From the IMG/VR virus record IMGVR_UViG_3300050501_000235: a stretch of DNA of 64,000 nucleotides. One strand, 5' to 3'. Source of the DNA: a virus. This document shows, piece after piece, positions 48,216-57,602 of this stretch; position 1 is the first letter of the stretch; each line of letters begins with the position of its first letter. The notes beneath the pieces were generated by a model, which was not told the origin of the DNA, made no database searches, and worked only from the letters and a program-made list of their open reading frames with translations. The position numbers and the translations under genes were made by a program.

Positions 48216-49721
48216 CTAGAAGTCCATGTTCTGGCTGAAGAAGCCAGATGAGAAGTCGTCGTCTGTCCCGCGGTATGTGCTCAGCGACTCAATGCCACGG
48301 AAGTCACTGAAAAAGCTTGGACTGCCAATTGCTGAGGAATCGACAAGCACGTCTGCGAGGTGGCTGTGCAAGCCAAGCTGGAAGCGGTGCATCAAGCCAT
48401 AGCGCAGCGCGTCAAGTGCATGGTCATCAAAGCGCTTAGCGGCCTCTCGGGGGTTGATCTCGGGACGAGAGTCGACCGCGCGGTAGTTGTTGAACTCCCG
48501 AATGGTGTTGATGCACGAAGGGTCGATGGTCAGCCACGGCTCTTGTGCCGGCGTGCCATACTCATCCTCATACATCGTGCTACCATCGGGCAAGATCACA
48601 TCCCGCGGCATCAAGAACGTCTTCACAAGGTCAATGCCTTGTCGCCAGTTCTCCTTAGCCTCAGGCAGTGCCCAACAACCTACTAGCTGCTGCGACACGT
48701 ACAAAGCGGCAGCCGGATCCGCTGCGTCGCCGTACGCCAAGTCCAGGTGGTAGCCTTCAGGCTGGTCACGCTGCTTGATGATCCTGATGTGCTCACCCAG
48801 CTGCTTGTACGGGAGGTAGTGCTCGCGCCACACGTACACACGGTCCCAAGGGTCAACCTGGAACTCAATGGCAGCTAGGGGGTTTGTGAAGCCCCAGTCA
48901 AAGGCAATGTAGTTCGGCCAATCAGGACGGAAGCGATGCTTCTTGATGTGCATCGTTGGGTCGAACTCGTCGTAGATCTTGCCGAGGAAGGAACCAAACT
49001 GGGCTCCATACTCCTGCATGAACCACTCTTTGGCGGTGGTAGCCTCAATGAGCTTGATCTCAGAGTCAGTCCGACCGTCGGGGTACACGTATGGATTGTC
49101 CCAGCTAGGGAAGCTCCAGCTCTCGAAGTCCTTGAATGTGTCCTCGCCCTGCTTGGCCCTGTGACCCAGCATCCAAAGGTCGTACAGCCAGTTGTAGCCC
49201 TCAGGCGTTGTCACGAAGGTGGCCCAGCCGCGATAGTCAGCGAGCGCAGCACGAATGTACTGCTCCCACGTCTCTCGCTTGTGCTTAGCAGCCTCCGACA
49301 TGATTACACCATGTAATCCATCACCCACGAGAGTATCTGGATGCTGCGCCGACCTGACCTCAAGGCGAGTGCCCCAAGGGAACTCCATGTACATCTCACC
49401 GCTACGCTTGCTGTAGGCCTTCTTGACACGCTTGTCGCGACCGTACTTGAGCTTGACAATCATGTCACGCCAGATGTAACGGAACTCCTTCTCACCGAGG
49501 TCATAGGTGGGGCCGACGATCCAGTAGCGCCTATCAGGGACGTGCAGCTCGGGCTGGATGTCACGCGCAGCCATGCTTGACTTGCCGAAGCGTCGGCCGC
49601 AACAAGCAACACGGAAGCGTGCCATCGACTGATGGTAGAGCCACTGCTTTCGATGCGGCTTGTAGCCAATCTTCTCGAAGTAGGCGGCCTTGTCGATAAC
49701 CCCACCCTGGTTGGTTGCCAC
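48216..49721 (-). CDS. Terminase large subunit
   Basis: Walker A VACCGRRFGKSSMAARD and C-terminal nuclease-domain length. 501 aa. Confidence 0.8.
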   Translation of the reverse strand: MATNQGGVIDKAAYFEKIGYKPHRKQWLYHQSMARFRVACCGRRFGKSSMAARDIQPELHVPDRRYWIVGPTYDLGEKEFRYIWRDMIVKLKYGRDKRVKKAYSKRSGEMYMEFPWGTRLEVRSAQHPDTLVGDGLHGVIMSEAAKHKRETWEQYIRAALADYRGWATFVTTPEGYNWLYDLWMLGHRAKQGEDTFKDFESWSFPSWDNPYVYPDGRTDSEIKLIEATTAKEWFMQEYGAQFGSFLGKIYDEFDPTMHIKKHRFRPDWPNYIAFDWGFTNPLAAIEFQVDPWDRVYVWREHYLPYKQLGEHIRIIKQRDQPEGYHLDLAYGDAADPAAALYVSQQLVGCWALPEAKENWRQGIDLVKTFLMPRDVILPDGSTMYEDEYGTPAQEPWLTIDPSCINTIREFNNYRAVDSRPEINPREAAKRFDDHALDALRYGLMHRFQLGLHSHLADVLVDSSAIGSPSFFSDFRGIESLSTYRGTDDDFSSGFFSQNMDF

Positions 49722-49788
49722 GCGCTCACCCCCCTTATATAATAGGCGTAATTGTACTTATGTAACACGCTAATACGTTTCGTCTCAC

Positions 49789-50547
49789 TTAGTAGCTGAC
49801 GTATACGCTCACAGTGTTCGCATCTGGATCAAGCTTACGGTCAACGTTGCTGTACGTCTCGCCGATGTGACGCACTCGTAGGTTCACGAGGTTGCCTGCA
49901 CCCAGTGCGGTAATGACTGCTGGACGCCGCTTCACGTAGTTCGCGTTGCCGCCCACTGTCTTCTGCTGCAAGTAAGCACAGTGGCGGTTCACCTTACGCT
50001 GCCAGCCCACGCCGCTCCCTCCCGCTGCTGGAACGTCGACAGTAACATCTGCGAAGAAGAAAGCACCATACGGAGTGGCTGCAAAGTCTGTCTGAACACC
50101 ACCGGTACGGAACCTTCCTGTCGAGGACGAGATGACCCCACTGACTCGTGGGAATGTGCCTGGATCTGTATATACAAACTGTCCACCGGCCACACCACCG
50201 CTGAACACATTACACGTGTAGCTGACGCCACTGGTCATTGCTATCTGACCCGTCGGTGTACCGCCGCCATTCTTGAAGAACGCTGACCCGAACTCAAACC
50301 ACGCGGCGCTCGGGGGTGAGCCGAGCAGAGGATCATTTAGGTTCACCTGGGCCAGTAACGTAGGCCCTGCAGTCGCCCAAAGCTGCCACCAGCAGTTCGA
50401 AGGTCGACCGCCGGCGGGAATGTAGACACGCCCACCGGTTGCGACTCTATCTGCACTAAGTACGATCTCAGGACCAAGGGAGTGTGTGGAGAAGTCCTGG
50501 TCCGTCGTCGCAGGTGCCAAACTGCCGTACAGGGTGTCAGCCATCAC
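49789..50547 (-). CDS. Hypothetical beta-rich Gly-rich protein
   Basis: ORF track, 252 aa. Upstream of TerL in the late operon. Confidence 0.5.
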   Translation of the reverse strand: MMADTLYGSLAPATTDQDFSTHSLGPEIVLSADRVATGGRVYIPAGGRPSNCWWQLWATAGPTLLAQVNLNDPLLGSPPSAAWFEFGSAFFKNGGGTPTGQIAMTSGVSYTCNVFSGGVAGGQFVYTDPGTFPRVSGVISSSTGRFRTGGVQTDFAATPYGAFFFADVTVDVPAAGGSGVGWQRKVNRHCAYLQQKTVGGNANYVKRRPAVITALGAGNLVNLRVRHIGETYSNVDRKLDPDANTVSVYVSY

Positions 50548-50566
50548 ACCCCCTCACGCTGTAGGG

Positions 50567-51103
50567 TTAGCGCTTCAAGTACACGTTGGTGCTGCCTGCT
50601 CCGCGCAACGCTGTCGCCTTGATAGCCGTCACGCCCACCTTGTTGCCCGTCAGACCCTTGGTTGGGTTGAGCAGGCCCACCCGACCGTCAGCCGTCGGAA
50701 GCGCACCCGCCGGAGTGACAGCGCCTGTGTCGTCGAAGGTGCCAGCGACACCTGGTGTCGTGTAGGCGATGAACACCTCGGTACCTGCGCTTCGACCGTA
50801 CACACCATAGCGGCTTGTTGCCGTCGCGTTCGGGAAGGTGATGGTGCACTTGTTCGTTGAACCTGCACCCACGACGGTCGTCTTCGCGGCGACCGGAGCG
50901 CTCTCCACGCCGTTCACGACCTGCGTGATGCGGTAGCTGTACGTCGCCGCTCCCAGTGTCCCACCCGTACCGCTGTTGGCAACCGTGAAGTCACCCGAGG
51001 CTGGCGCAGCGGGCTGCACCTGGTTCACCGTCGCGTTGTACGTCTCGCCACGAGCGTTGCGGAACTGTACGACATCACCAACGACTGCCGTCTTTAGACC
51101 CAT
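50567..51103 (-). CDS. Hypothetical Ig-like / beta-sandwich protein
   Basis: ORF track, 178 aa. Thr/Gly/Ala/Val-rich. Confidence 0.5.
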   Translation of the reverse strand: MGLKTAVVGDVVQFRNARGETYNATVNQVQPAAPASGDFTVANSGTGGTLGAATYSYRITQVVNGVESAPVAAKTTVVGAGSTNKCTITFPNATATSRYGVYGRSAGTEVFIAYTTPGVAGTFDDTGAVTPAGALPTADGRVGLLNPTKGLTGNKVGVTAIKATALRGAGSTNVYLKR

Positions 51104-51195
51104 GTTGGCCTCCTGTTGCTATGACATTCAAGGCTATAGATATTCACAAAGCTCTATGCGCACGCCTTAGGTTTTGAACAAAGCTCCACAGGGCG

Positions 51196-51375
51196 TTAAT
51201 CGTTGGCCGAGGCATTGCTTGGCATGTGATCGTGAGGCGTCTCGCACGCGCAGTCGAGGCACACGCACGTGTGAGTGGTACGCGTGGTACAGTCTGCACA
51301 ATGGCACTGGCATAGTCCGTTGATGTTGAGGTGTGGGGTGGTGATGTGCTCAGTCGCAAGCCCGATGGCACTCAT
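51196..51375 (-). CDS. Small Cys/His-rich protein (59 aa)
   Basis: Manual translation MSAIGLATEHITTPHLNINGLCQCHCADCTTRTTHTCVCLDCACETPHDHMPSNASAND. Below the ORF-track cut-off. Confidence 0.3.
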   Translation of the reverse strand: MSAIGLATEHITTPHLNINGLCQCHCADCTTRTTHTCVCLDCACETPHDHMPSNASAND

Positions 51376-51778
51376 TGCTCGTCCTCATCGGTGTTGGGCG
51401 GCTGTAGACGGGAGCGAGTGAGGGCGTGGGCGGTGACAGCTGCACCTTGGGCACGCTGTGTGGCGGAAGGTTCACGCACAACAGTGGTGCCGTAGATGTC
51501 GTCCCACGGAGCCTTGTTCTCGTCGCCGTCAGTGAAGCCACGCTCTGCGACACGACCCATAACGCGGTCGATGATGTACTTGGAAGCGTCTAGGCGGGTG
51601 CGTTCGTTGACGGCACTGAGACTCAAGTCGACGATCGCTTGGGCTGCAGCTGATGCGGAGGCACGGAAGATTTGCTCAGCAGAACGTGCTGAGCTTGCTG
51701 TCGCTGCAGTCGCGAGTGTTGCGAACTCTGCGTCGGCTGTCTCCTGGTCCCAGTCGGGGTTCCGCTCGATCGCCATGT
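51372..51778 (-). CDS. Hypothetical protein, first gene of the late operon (possible small terminase subunit)
   Basis: ATG at 51778 (MAIERNPDWDQ..., RBS GGAGGTGTGACATG) within track ORF 51372..51899. TATATAAT box ~40 nt upstream on the minus strand. Confidence 0.4.
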
Positions 51779-52190
51779 CACACCTCCAGCTTCTAGTAGT
51801 GCTGTCTCGATTATATACTGAACGTACAGGGGGTTCACACTGGCAAGGTATATCCCAGTAACACATGCTAGTCGACTTCACAAGCACCACATTGATCAAG
51901 TTGGTTTCATCCTGACAGTCAGCACTACAGCGATCAAGTTGGTTTCACACTTGCAGTCAGTAAACCGCTGCGGCCTTGCGGATCTTGCAAAAGGATGATA
52001 TAATATAGTTGATGGAGAGGTAAAGAGCTACAGCGGCTCCATCAGATATAGCGCACGAGCGGCTGTAGTGCTAAGGCGCTATATCGACTGTATCTTGATA
52101 ACTAAATAGATGAGCCAGATCATCTTGATGATGTCTCGAGCCGCTTAAGGGCTATATCCTACAAGTACTTAAGCCGATAGGGAGATCGAG

Positions 52191-52382
52191 ATGAAGCGGA
52201 TCTGCGTAACTGATGCGATCAAGCTACTAGAGCCGATTGAGCATGACGAGGTTGCTCTAGCGATGTTCGAGCAGAGCTACTCAGTCGTAACGAGCAGCGC
52301 GATTTGCGAGCTCAAGCACTGTAGCGCTAGAAGGGCTGAGACGCTCCAAGCGTTTCTAGCGATCATCGTAGAATTGCGTTAG
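52191..52382 (+). CDS. Small hypothetical protein flanked by a ~30-bp inverted repeat
   Basis: ORF track, 63 aa. RBS GGGAGATCGAGATG. Confidence 0.4.
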   Translation: MKRICVTDAIKLLEPIEHDEVALAMFEQSYSVVTSSAICELKHCSARRAETLQAFLAIIVELR

Positions 52383-52545
52383 TAACTAGAGCGGATCGAG
52401 ACATCATCAAGATGATCTGGCTATAGCAGCGTAGCACTTTGGGGATAGAGCCCCGATCCTGATGATCCTGATCTTCGATTGGGCGGTTAAGCAAGTGATC
52501 CGATTTAGCACTTAACCTACCCAATCAGGATGAAGGAGCAAGATC

Positions 52546-52977
52546 ATGAACGAGTCGACCAACGCGATCATCGAGAACAACGACCAGGACATCTTCGAGG
52601 ATGCAGCGGCTCTGGCGATTGAGGAGCAGCTCGAGGGAGACGTCCAGTTCGAGGAGGACGACGAGGAGCAGGGCGAGCAGGAGATCCAGGTCGTCCTGAC
52701 GCTCGAGCAGATCGTCGACCAGGTGCTTGAGGCGATCTGGAAGACCTCGCCGACCCTGTACACCATCTCGACAGCACTGAACGGGGTGCTCGAGGCGATC
52801 GACGCGACCAAGGAGGGTAAGCCCTACCGCGTCCGGAGCCAGATGATGTACCAGTACAACTCGAACAAGCTGATCGCAAAGAACGACCAGGGCAAGGGGA
52901 TCAAGATCGATGGAGCGCCCACCCGCGATCAAGCGAGGGCATTCATCATCAAGTTCGCGTCCAAGTTCGCCAAGTGA
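52546..52977 (+). CDS. Highly acidic protein (possible DNA mimic / anti-restriction candidate)
   Basis: 143 aa. RBS AGGAGCAAGATCATG. N-terminal 60 aa dominated by D/E. Confidence 0.55.
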   Translation: MNESTNAIIENNDQDIFEDAAALAIEEQLEGDVQFEEDDEEQGEQEIQVVLTLEQIVDQVLEAIWKTSPTLYTISTALNGVLEAIDATKEGKPYRVRSQMMYQYNSNKLIAKNDQGKGIKIDGAPTRDQARAFIIKFASKFAK

Positions 52978-53110
52978 TCTAGCGCTGGAGCCGAGTAATC
53001 GGCTCAAGCAGTAAGTCGATCCAAGCCGCCCAATCGGGGTTCTGGATCATCAGGATGAAGGATCTAGTCGGCCTCAGCCGTCTCGGCGATCCAGCACTAA
53101 GGAGATCGAG

Positions 53111-53290
53111 ATGGTCGCAGGTATCGTAGGCATCGTAATCGGCTGCATCATCGTAGTGCCCCTGAGCATGTTGGTCGGAAGACTTATCGACCGGATGAAT
53201 CAGGAGTTGCTCGAGCTGATCAAACAGGGCGTTGAGCCCTCAAGGATTCAGCTACCTAAGTTCCCCTGGCAACACGTAACGTCCAAGTAA
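53111..53290 (+). CDS. Small membrane protein
   Basis: ATG at 53111 after AAGGAGATCGAGATG. Hydrophobic IVGIVIGCIIVVPLSMLV segment. Below the track cut-off. Confidence 0.3.
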   Translation: MVAGIVGIVIGCIIVVPLSMLVGRLIDRMNQELLELIKQGVEPSRIQLPKFPWQHVTSK

Positions 53291-53393
53291 CTAATCGACA
53301 GCGTCGCCGAGGCGGCCGAAGTCGACTAGATCCTAGCTGATAGGGCGCTGAAGCGGCTCGAGCCAGAACATAATCGGATCAAGCATCGAAGAG

Positions 53394-53648
53394 ATGGAGA
53401 CGATCATGGGTCTAGACGAGCAGAGCGTTCAGTACGGCGAGTGGCAGATCCACATCCTCGTCCAGCGAGTATGTGCGGACTGCCTAATCCGGGAGGGCGA
53501 GTCGTTCAACGACGGACCCCAGGTAGCTCAAGAGGCCAAGACGGTGAACGTCTGGAACATCGAGCTAGTCGCCTCGAGAGCTTGTGAGAGCCACCCCGAG
53601 ACGATTGAGGGATCAGCAACCGATTCGCCTAAGGCCATTGAGGCCTAG
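53394..53648 (+). CDS. Hypothetical protein
   Basis: ORF track, 84 aa. Confidence 0.45.
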   Translation: METIMGLDEQSVQYGEWQIHILVQRVCADCLIREGESFNDGPQVAQEAKTVNVWNIELVASRACESHPETIEGSATDSPKAIEA

Positions 53649-53888
53649 GTAGATCAACGCTTGAGCCGCTCCACCGCTCTATCAGCTACGTTACGGTGGT
53701 ACTATGAACCAGCTCGATGCTGTCGATTCAGGGGAGCAGTCTCCCCGCACCTGATCGACCCGACGGCTTGGCGCATCCAGATCCCCACAGGGCGTGGGTT
53801 CTATCGCTCCAGCCATCGAGACGACCGGGGGCCTCGACACCCTAATTCCTAGGGCACCAGCGTCCGATCTGTACGGGCGCCCAGCAGC

Positions 53889-54191
53889 ATGGAGGGCAGC
53901 ATGAGCCGGAGCAGCATAGCGTACCAGCGAGCATTGATCACAGGAGCAGCATTCCTGTCTACCGTGGGAGCATTGATCATCCTGATCGCCGTCCACGATG
54001 CAGCGATGCCTGAGGATCTCACGACCATGTGGATGTGCCACCAGATGGGCAACCAGCTTTGCGGTCCTGACACTCCGTGGATTCAGTTCGCTCCGGCGAA
54101 CATCTTCTACGGCTGGGACCAGGTAGTCCTGTTCTGGTGGGGTGTGTGGTATGACTTCGTCCACGGAGTCGCCTATGGGATTTTCCACTAA
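53889..54191 (+). CDS. Membrane protein (2-3 TM)
   Basis: ORF track, 100 aa. Hydrophobic segments. Confidence 0.45.
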   Translation: MEGSMSRSSIAYQRALITGAAFLSTVGALIILIAVHDAAMPEDLTTMWMCHQMGNQLCGPDTPWIQFAPANIFYGWDQVVLFWWGVWYDFVHGVAYGIFH

Positions 54192-54628
54192 CATTCACGC
54201 GACTGTATCGAGCTGGTTCATAGTTCCATCGTAACACATAGCCGTGATTGCTCAAGATCGGCATCAGATTGAATAGATTGAGTAGGATGATCATCCAATC
54301 CAAATTGAGATCGCTCTACAACAATCGCGTAGTATAACAGTAACACACCTACCCGATTCACAACGATCATGAGGGTAAGTGTTGTTACTATATACTATAT
54401 TATACTAATCATAATATTGATCAATACTCAATCTCAAATTCACCCTACCCGGGTAGTGATTCAACCTACCCGATAACATGTGTTACTGTGCCCCATGGGT
54501 AAGTGTTACCGACGTGTGTTACTAGGGACTACCCTAGAGACACCGTGACGAACAAAATCGACCCCTTGTGGACCTACGTGGGTCTAGGGTATAATAGTAT
54601 TAACACCACACAATCCTATTTACCCTAG

Positions 54629-55186
54629 ATGATGGAGGTGCACACTGTGGCTGACGAAGTAACACAGTCCCAACCGATCACCTCAACCGATCACTCGGCA
54701 CCGCTACCCGACGTGCCGACCTTCGGTCGACCTACTTGTAGCGACTGTGGGGGAGCCCGGGAGCCTACGGCGACACAGTACTCATACTGTGTCGGATGCG
54801 GTCGCAAGCGGCAACGTAAACGCTACAGGGATCAGCGTGAGGCAGCTGGTCGCGTCGTCAAGGCACGTGCCGAGACGGACAGTGATCGCAGGGCTCATCT
54901 GGTTCAGAGCGATGGCCATCCTGGCCCATGCGAGTCATGTGAACAACCTGAGCTAGACGGACTCGTCCTAGTGTTCGAAGGTGATCCAGTCACCGATCTC
55001 TACAGTGGCGGAACACCTGTAGCGCTGATGTGTCAGGAGTGCCACACGTTGCTTCAGCGGACCAACACTGACCAGTTGCGTAGGCTACTACGAGCTGCAC
55101 AGTTGCTGCACAGGCTCAACCTGCCGCGCGACCGTGTGCTGCCTGACCTCAACACTGTACTCGCTCCCACAGACCGAACAAAATAG
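54629..55186 (+). CDS. Zinc-finger protein with degenerate HNH/EndoVII-like Cys pattern
   Basis: CSDCGG...CVGCG and CESC...CQECH pairs. 185 aa. Confidence 0.45.
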   Translation: MMEVHTVADEVTQSQPITSTDHSAPLPDVPTFGRPTCSDCGGAREPTATQYSYCVGCGRKRQRKRYRDQREAAGRVVKARAETDSDRRAHLVQSDGHPGPCESCEQPELDGLVLVFEGDPVTDLYSGGTPVALMCQECHTLLQRTNTDQLRRLLRAAQLLHRLNLPRDRVLPDLNTVLAPTDRTK

Positions 55187-55272
55187 CCACGTGTTCGCCG
55201 ACTTGAAAGGCAACCCTGGTGCTGCTATATACTTAGGTCAGCAACAAAAATTACAACACCTAGGAGCACACA

Positions 55273-55536
55273 GTGGCCAAGCGCAACAGGCAACCACCAC
55301 CTAACCCAAACGGTTACGCAACACCGTCGCCTAGGCCTCCAGTCGTCCATGAGTACTGGGAGCAGAGGCAGATGGGTAACTGGACCGACTACACCGCCAA
55401 GCGCACACCGCCACGATGGCTACTGGACAAGATCGCCGAAGAGACGATCACAGGCAAGTGGAACGTTAAGCGTTACAATCGCTGTGACGAGTGCAATACG
55501 TTCCGTGCTAGCTCAGGTGCATGTAACTGCTACTGA
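55273..55536 (+). CDS. Hypothetical protein with C-terminal CxxC..CxC
   Basis: ORF track, 87 aa. Confidence 0.45.
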   Translation: MAKRNRQPPPNPNGYATPSPRPPVVHEYWEQRQMGNWTDYTAKRTPPRWLLDKIAEETITGKWNVKRYNRCDECNTFRASSGACNCY

Positions 55537-55572
55537 CCACAACCCTCCACCACCTACCCCTGGAGGCTACAC

Positions 55573-56004
55573 ATGGGCACCACACCCACCAAACCGTACT
55601 ACGGTGGCAAGAAGACCAAAGACTCAGTCGCCCAAGTCGTCCAGTACCTCAAGGAGAGGTACAAGGCCGAGCAGGCCGCTAGGCGTGAGGGCCAGTTGCT
55701 GTTGGCCATGTCGTTCGCTGAGCGCGAACAGAACCGCAACCACACTGTGCCAACCCGCAAGCCGATCGTTACGAAGCTGAACACCTTCAACACCACCTTG
55801 GCCAAGTGCCCCGGAGGTGCAAGGGACGAAGCCAAGACCGGTGCACACACTGCGTACCTCAAGCAGATTAGCCACCCTGAGACGGGCTGCGTCGTCGTCC
55901 ACCCTGACACCAACAAGGGCCAAGCCACACTGCGGCGCTTGGCCAACTCGGCCCGCAACGCCAACACCACGCAAGGCAACTACAACAGCACAGTGCGCCG
56001 CTAG
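55573..56004 (+). CDS. Hypothetical basic protein
   Basis: ORF track, 143 aa. Confidence 0.45.
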   Translation: MGTTPTKPYYGGKKTKDSVAQVVQYLKERYKAEQAARREGQLLLAMSFAEREQNRNHTVPTRKPIVTKLNTFNTTLAKCPGGARDEAKTGAHTAYLKQISHPETGCVVVHPDTNKGQATLRRLANSARNANTTQGNYNSTVRR

Positions 56005-56235
56005 CGCACACACCCCCCCCCCCCTACACTAGACGGAGGTGTAACGATGTACCGCAAGCTGTCCAAGTGGTCCGAAGACAACCTGCACAGGTACGTGACG
56101 ACAGCATTGCTGCTGGTCGGCTTGCTGTACGTCGTCGCTCATTCGTTTGGGCCATACGTAGATCTAGTCAAGCCTCACCCCTAGCGTCTACGCACTTACG
56201 TACCTGCACACTACCACACCACCAAGGAGTGGCCG

Positions 56236-56442
56236 ATGCCAAAGCGTGTCGCTCTCCCCGATGACGGAGCAGGCTTCCGTTGCTGCTTCGGCACGTGGAT
56301 CGACAATGAATCCTGGCGCTGTCCCAAGGAAGCCACAGCGGCAATGGATGAAGACACCTACCGCAACTTCAAGGTGACCAATGTGAGCCTGCACGGTCGA
56401 GCACTGTGCGACGGTCACCTGAACCTACTAGCCGTGGACTAG
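56236..56442 (+). CDS. Hypothetical Cys-containing small protein
   Basis: ORF track, 68 aa. RBS AAGGAGTGGCCGATG. Confidence 0.4.
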   Translation: MPKRVALPDDGAGFRCCFGTWIDNESWRCPKEATAAMDEDTYRNFKVTNVSLHGRALCDGHLNLLAVD

Positions 56443-56449
56443 GAGTGCC

Positions 56450-56830
56450 ATGGGAGACCGAGGTAGTATCTACACGTGCAAGAACCACCCGACGCTGAGG
56501 TGGTTCGATACCAAGCCAGGCGGTCGGCTCACGTTCACTGGAGCCGTCACGGCAGAAGGCTTGCTTGCTGAGGCTGCGTACGAGGCCGGGAACCCAATGG
56601 TGCGTCTGCGCCACTACATCAACGGCAAGAACCCCTACGCACCTGAGCTGCCACTCGATGAGCCGTTCACCTACGAGCGGCTCAAGGACATCATGCGTTA
56701 CGTCTTCAGGATGGAGGAGCTGGGCTATGTGTTCGAGTGCGAATGCTCCGCGGCCGACCTCATCAAGCTACCAGGCGAAACGTACGAGTCCGTACACGCA
56801 AGGCCTAAGGCAACCGGGGAACAGCGATGA
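56450..56830 (+). CDS. Hypothetical protein
   Basis: ORF track, 126 aa. Confidence 0.45.
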   Translation: MGDRGSIYTCKNHPTLRWFDTKPGGRLTFTGAVTAEGLLAEAAYEAGNPMVRLRHYINGKNPYAPELPLDEPFTYERLKDIMRYVFRMEELGYVFECECSAADLIKLPGETYESVHARPKATGEQR

Positions 56831-57147
56831 AGACCTGCTACGTGAACTTGACAATCGGATCGATCGCGGATCTCGTAGCGCCTGACGGTGCACCTGATGC
56901 TCCGCCCCACTGGATCATCACACGTGTCAACGTCCCAGTGAGGCATCGTGGCCAAGGCTACGCCAGTGAGCTACTGAAACAGATCACGGACGACGCCGAC
57001 AGGGAGCATGTGTCGCTGATGCTCGAGGTATCACCCAGCGACGGTCTAGGCTACAGTCAGCTGGTAGCATGGTATCGTCGTCACGGATTTCACCTGCGTC
57101 ACTCACTGGAGCTGGGCTTCCACATGGTAAGGGAACCACATGTCTGA
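56827..57147 (+). CDS. GNAT-family N-acetyltransferase
   Basis: Acetyl-CoA-binding-like motif RHRGQGYASELL and C-terminal YRRHGF. 106 aa. Confidence 0.55.
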   Translation: MKTCYVNLTIGSIADLVAPDGAPDAPPHWIITRVNVPVRHRGQGYASELLKQITDDADREHVSLMLEVSPSDGLGYSQLVAWYRRHGFHLRHSLELGFHMVREPHV

Positions 57148-57334
57148 TCACAAGTACGAGGTGGACCAAGTCGTCCACGACGACGAAGGCAACAAGGGTG
57201 TCGTCAAGGAGTACCTCGGCGACGATAGTACAGGTGAGTGGTATCGAGTCCGCATCACCTGTGGTGTCGGCGTAGGTCTGGACGAGCAATGGCATGAGTC
57301 GATCATCATCACAGGAGGCGACAATGAGTGCTAG
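57140..57334 (+). CDS. Hypothetical small protein
   Basis: ORF track, 64 aa. Confidence 0.4.
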   Translation: MSDHKYEVDQVVHDDEGNKGVVKEYLGDDSTGEWYRVRITCGVGVGLDEQWHESIIITGGDNEC

Positions 57335-57515
57335 CATCGGACGGAAGTACTTCGCGATCATGTTCGACGAGAAGATGACCCGCGACGACTCCGACTGGAG
57401 CGAAGAGGCTCAGGCGAAGTTCGATGCCGTCGCCACCGAGCTCGAGGTCATCGCAGCTCGCCACGGTGGCAAGGTGTGCGCAGTCGACACCTGGGGCAAG
57501 ATCGAGACGGACTGA
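57324..57515 (+). CDS. Hypothetical small protein
   Basis: ATG at 57324 in the frame of track ORF 57294..57515. Confidence 0.35.
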   Translation: MSASIGRKYFAIMFDEKMTRDDSDWSEEAQAKFDAVATELEVIAARHGGKVCAVDTWGKIETD

Positions 57516-57602
57516 TGTAGTTGTACAGTGGCAGCTATGGTCGCGCATGCACTAGCCGAACAAAAATGCTCCGCGTTCGATGACTTGCATCGACCCATAG
57601 GT

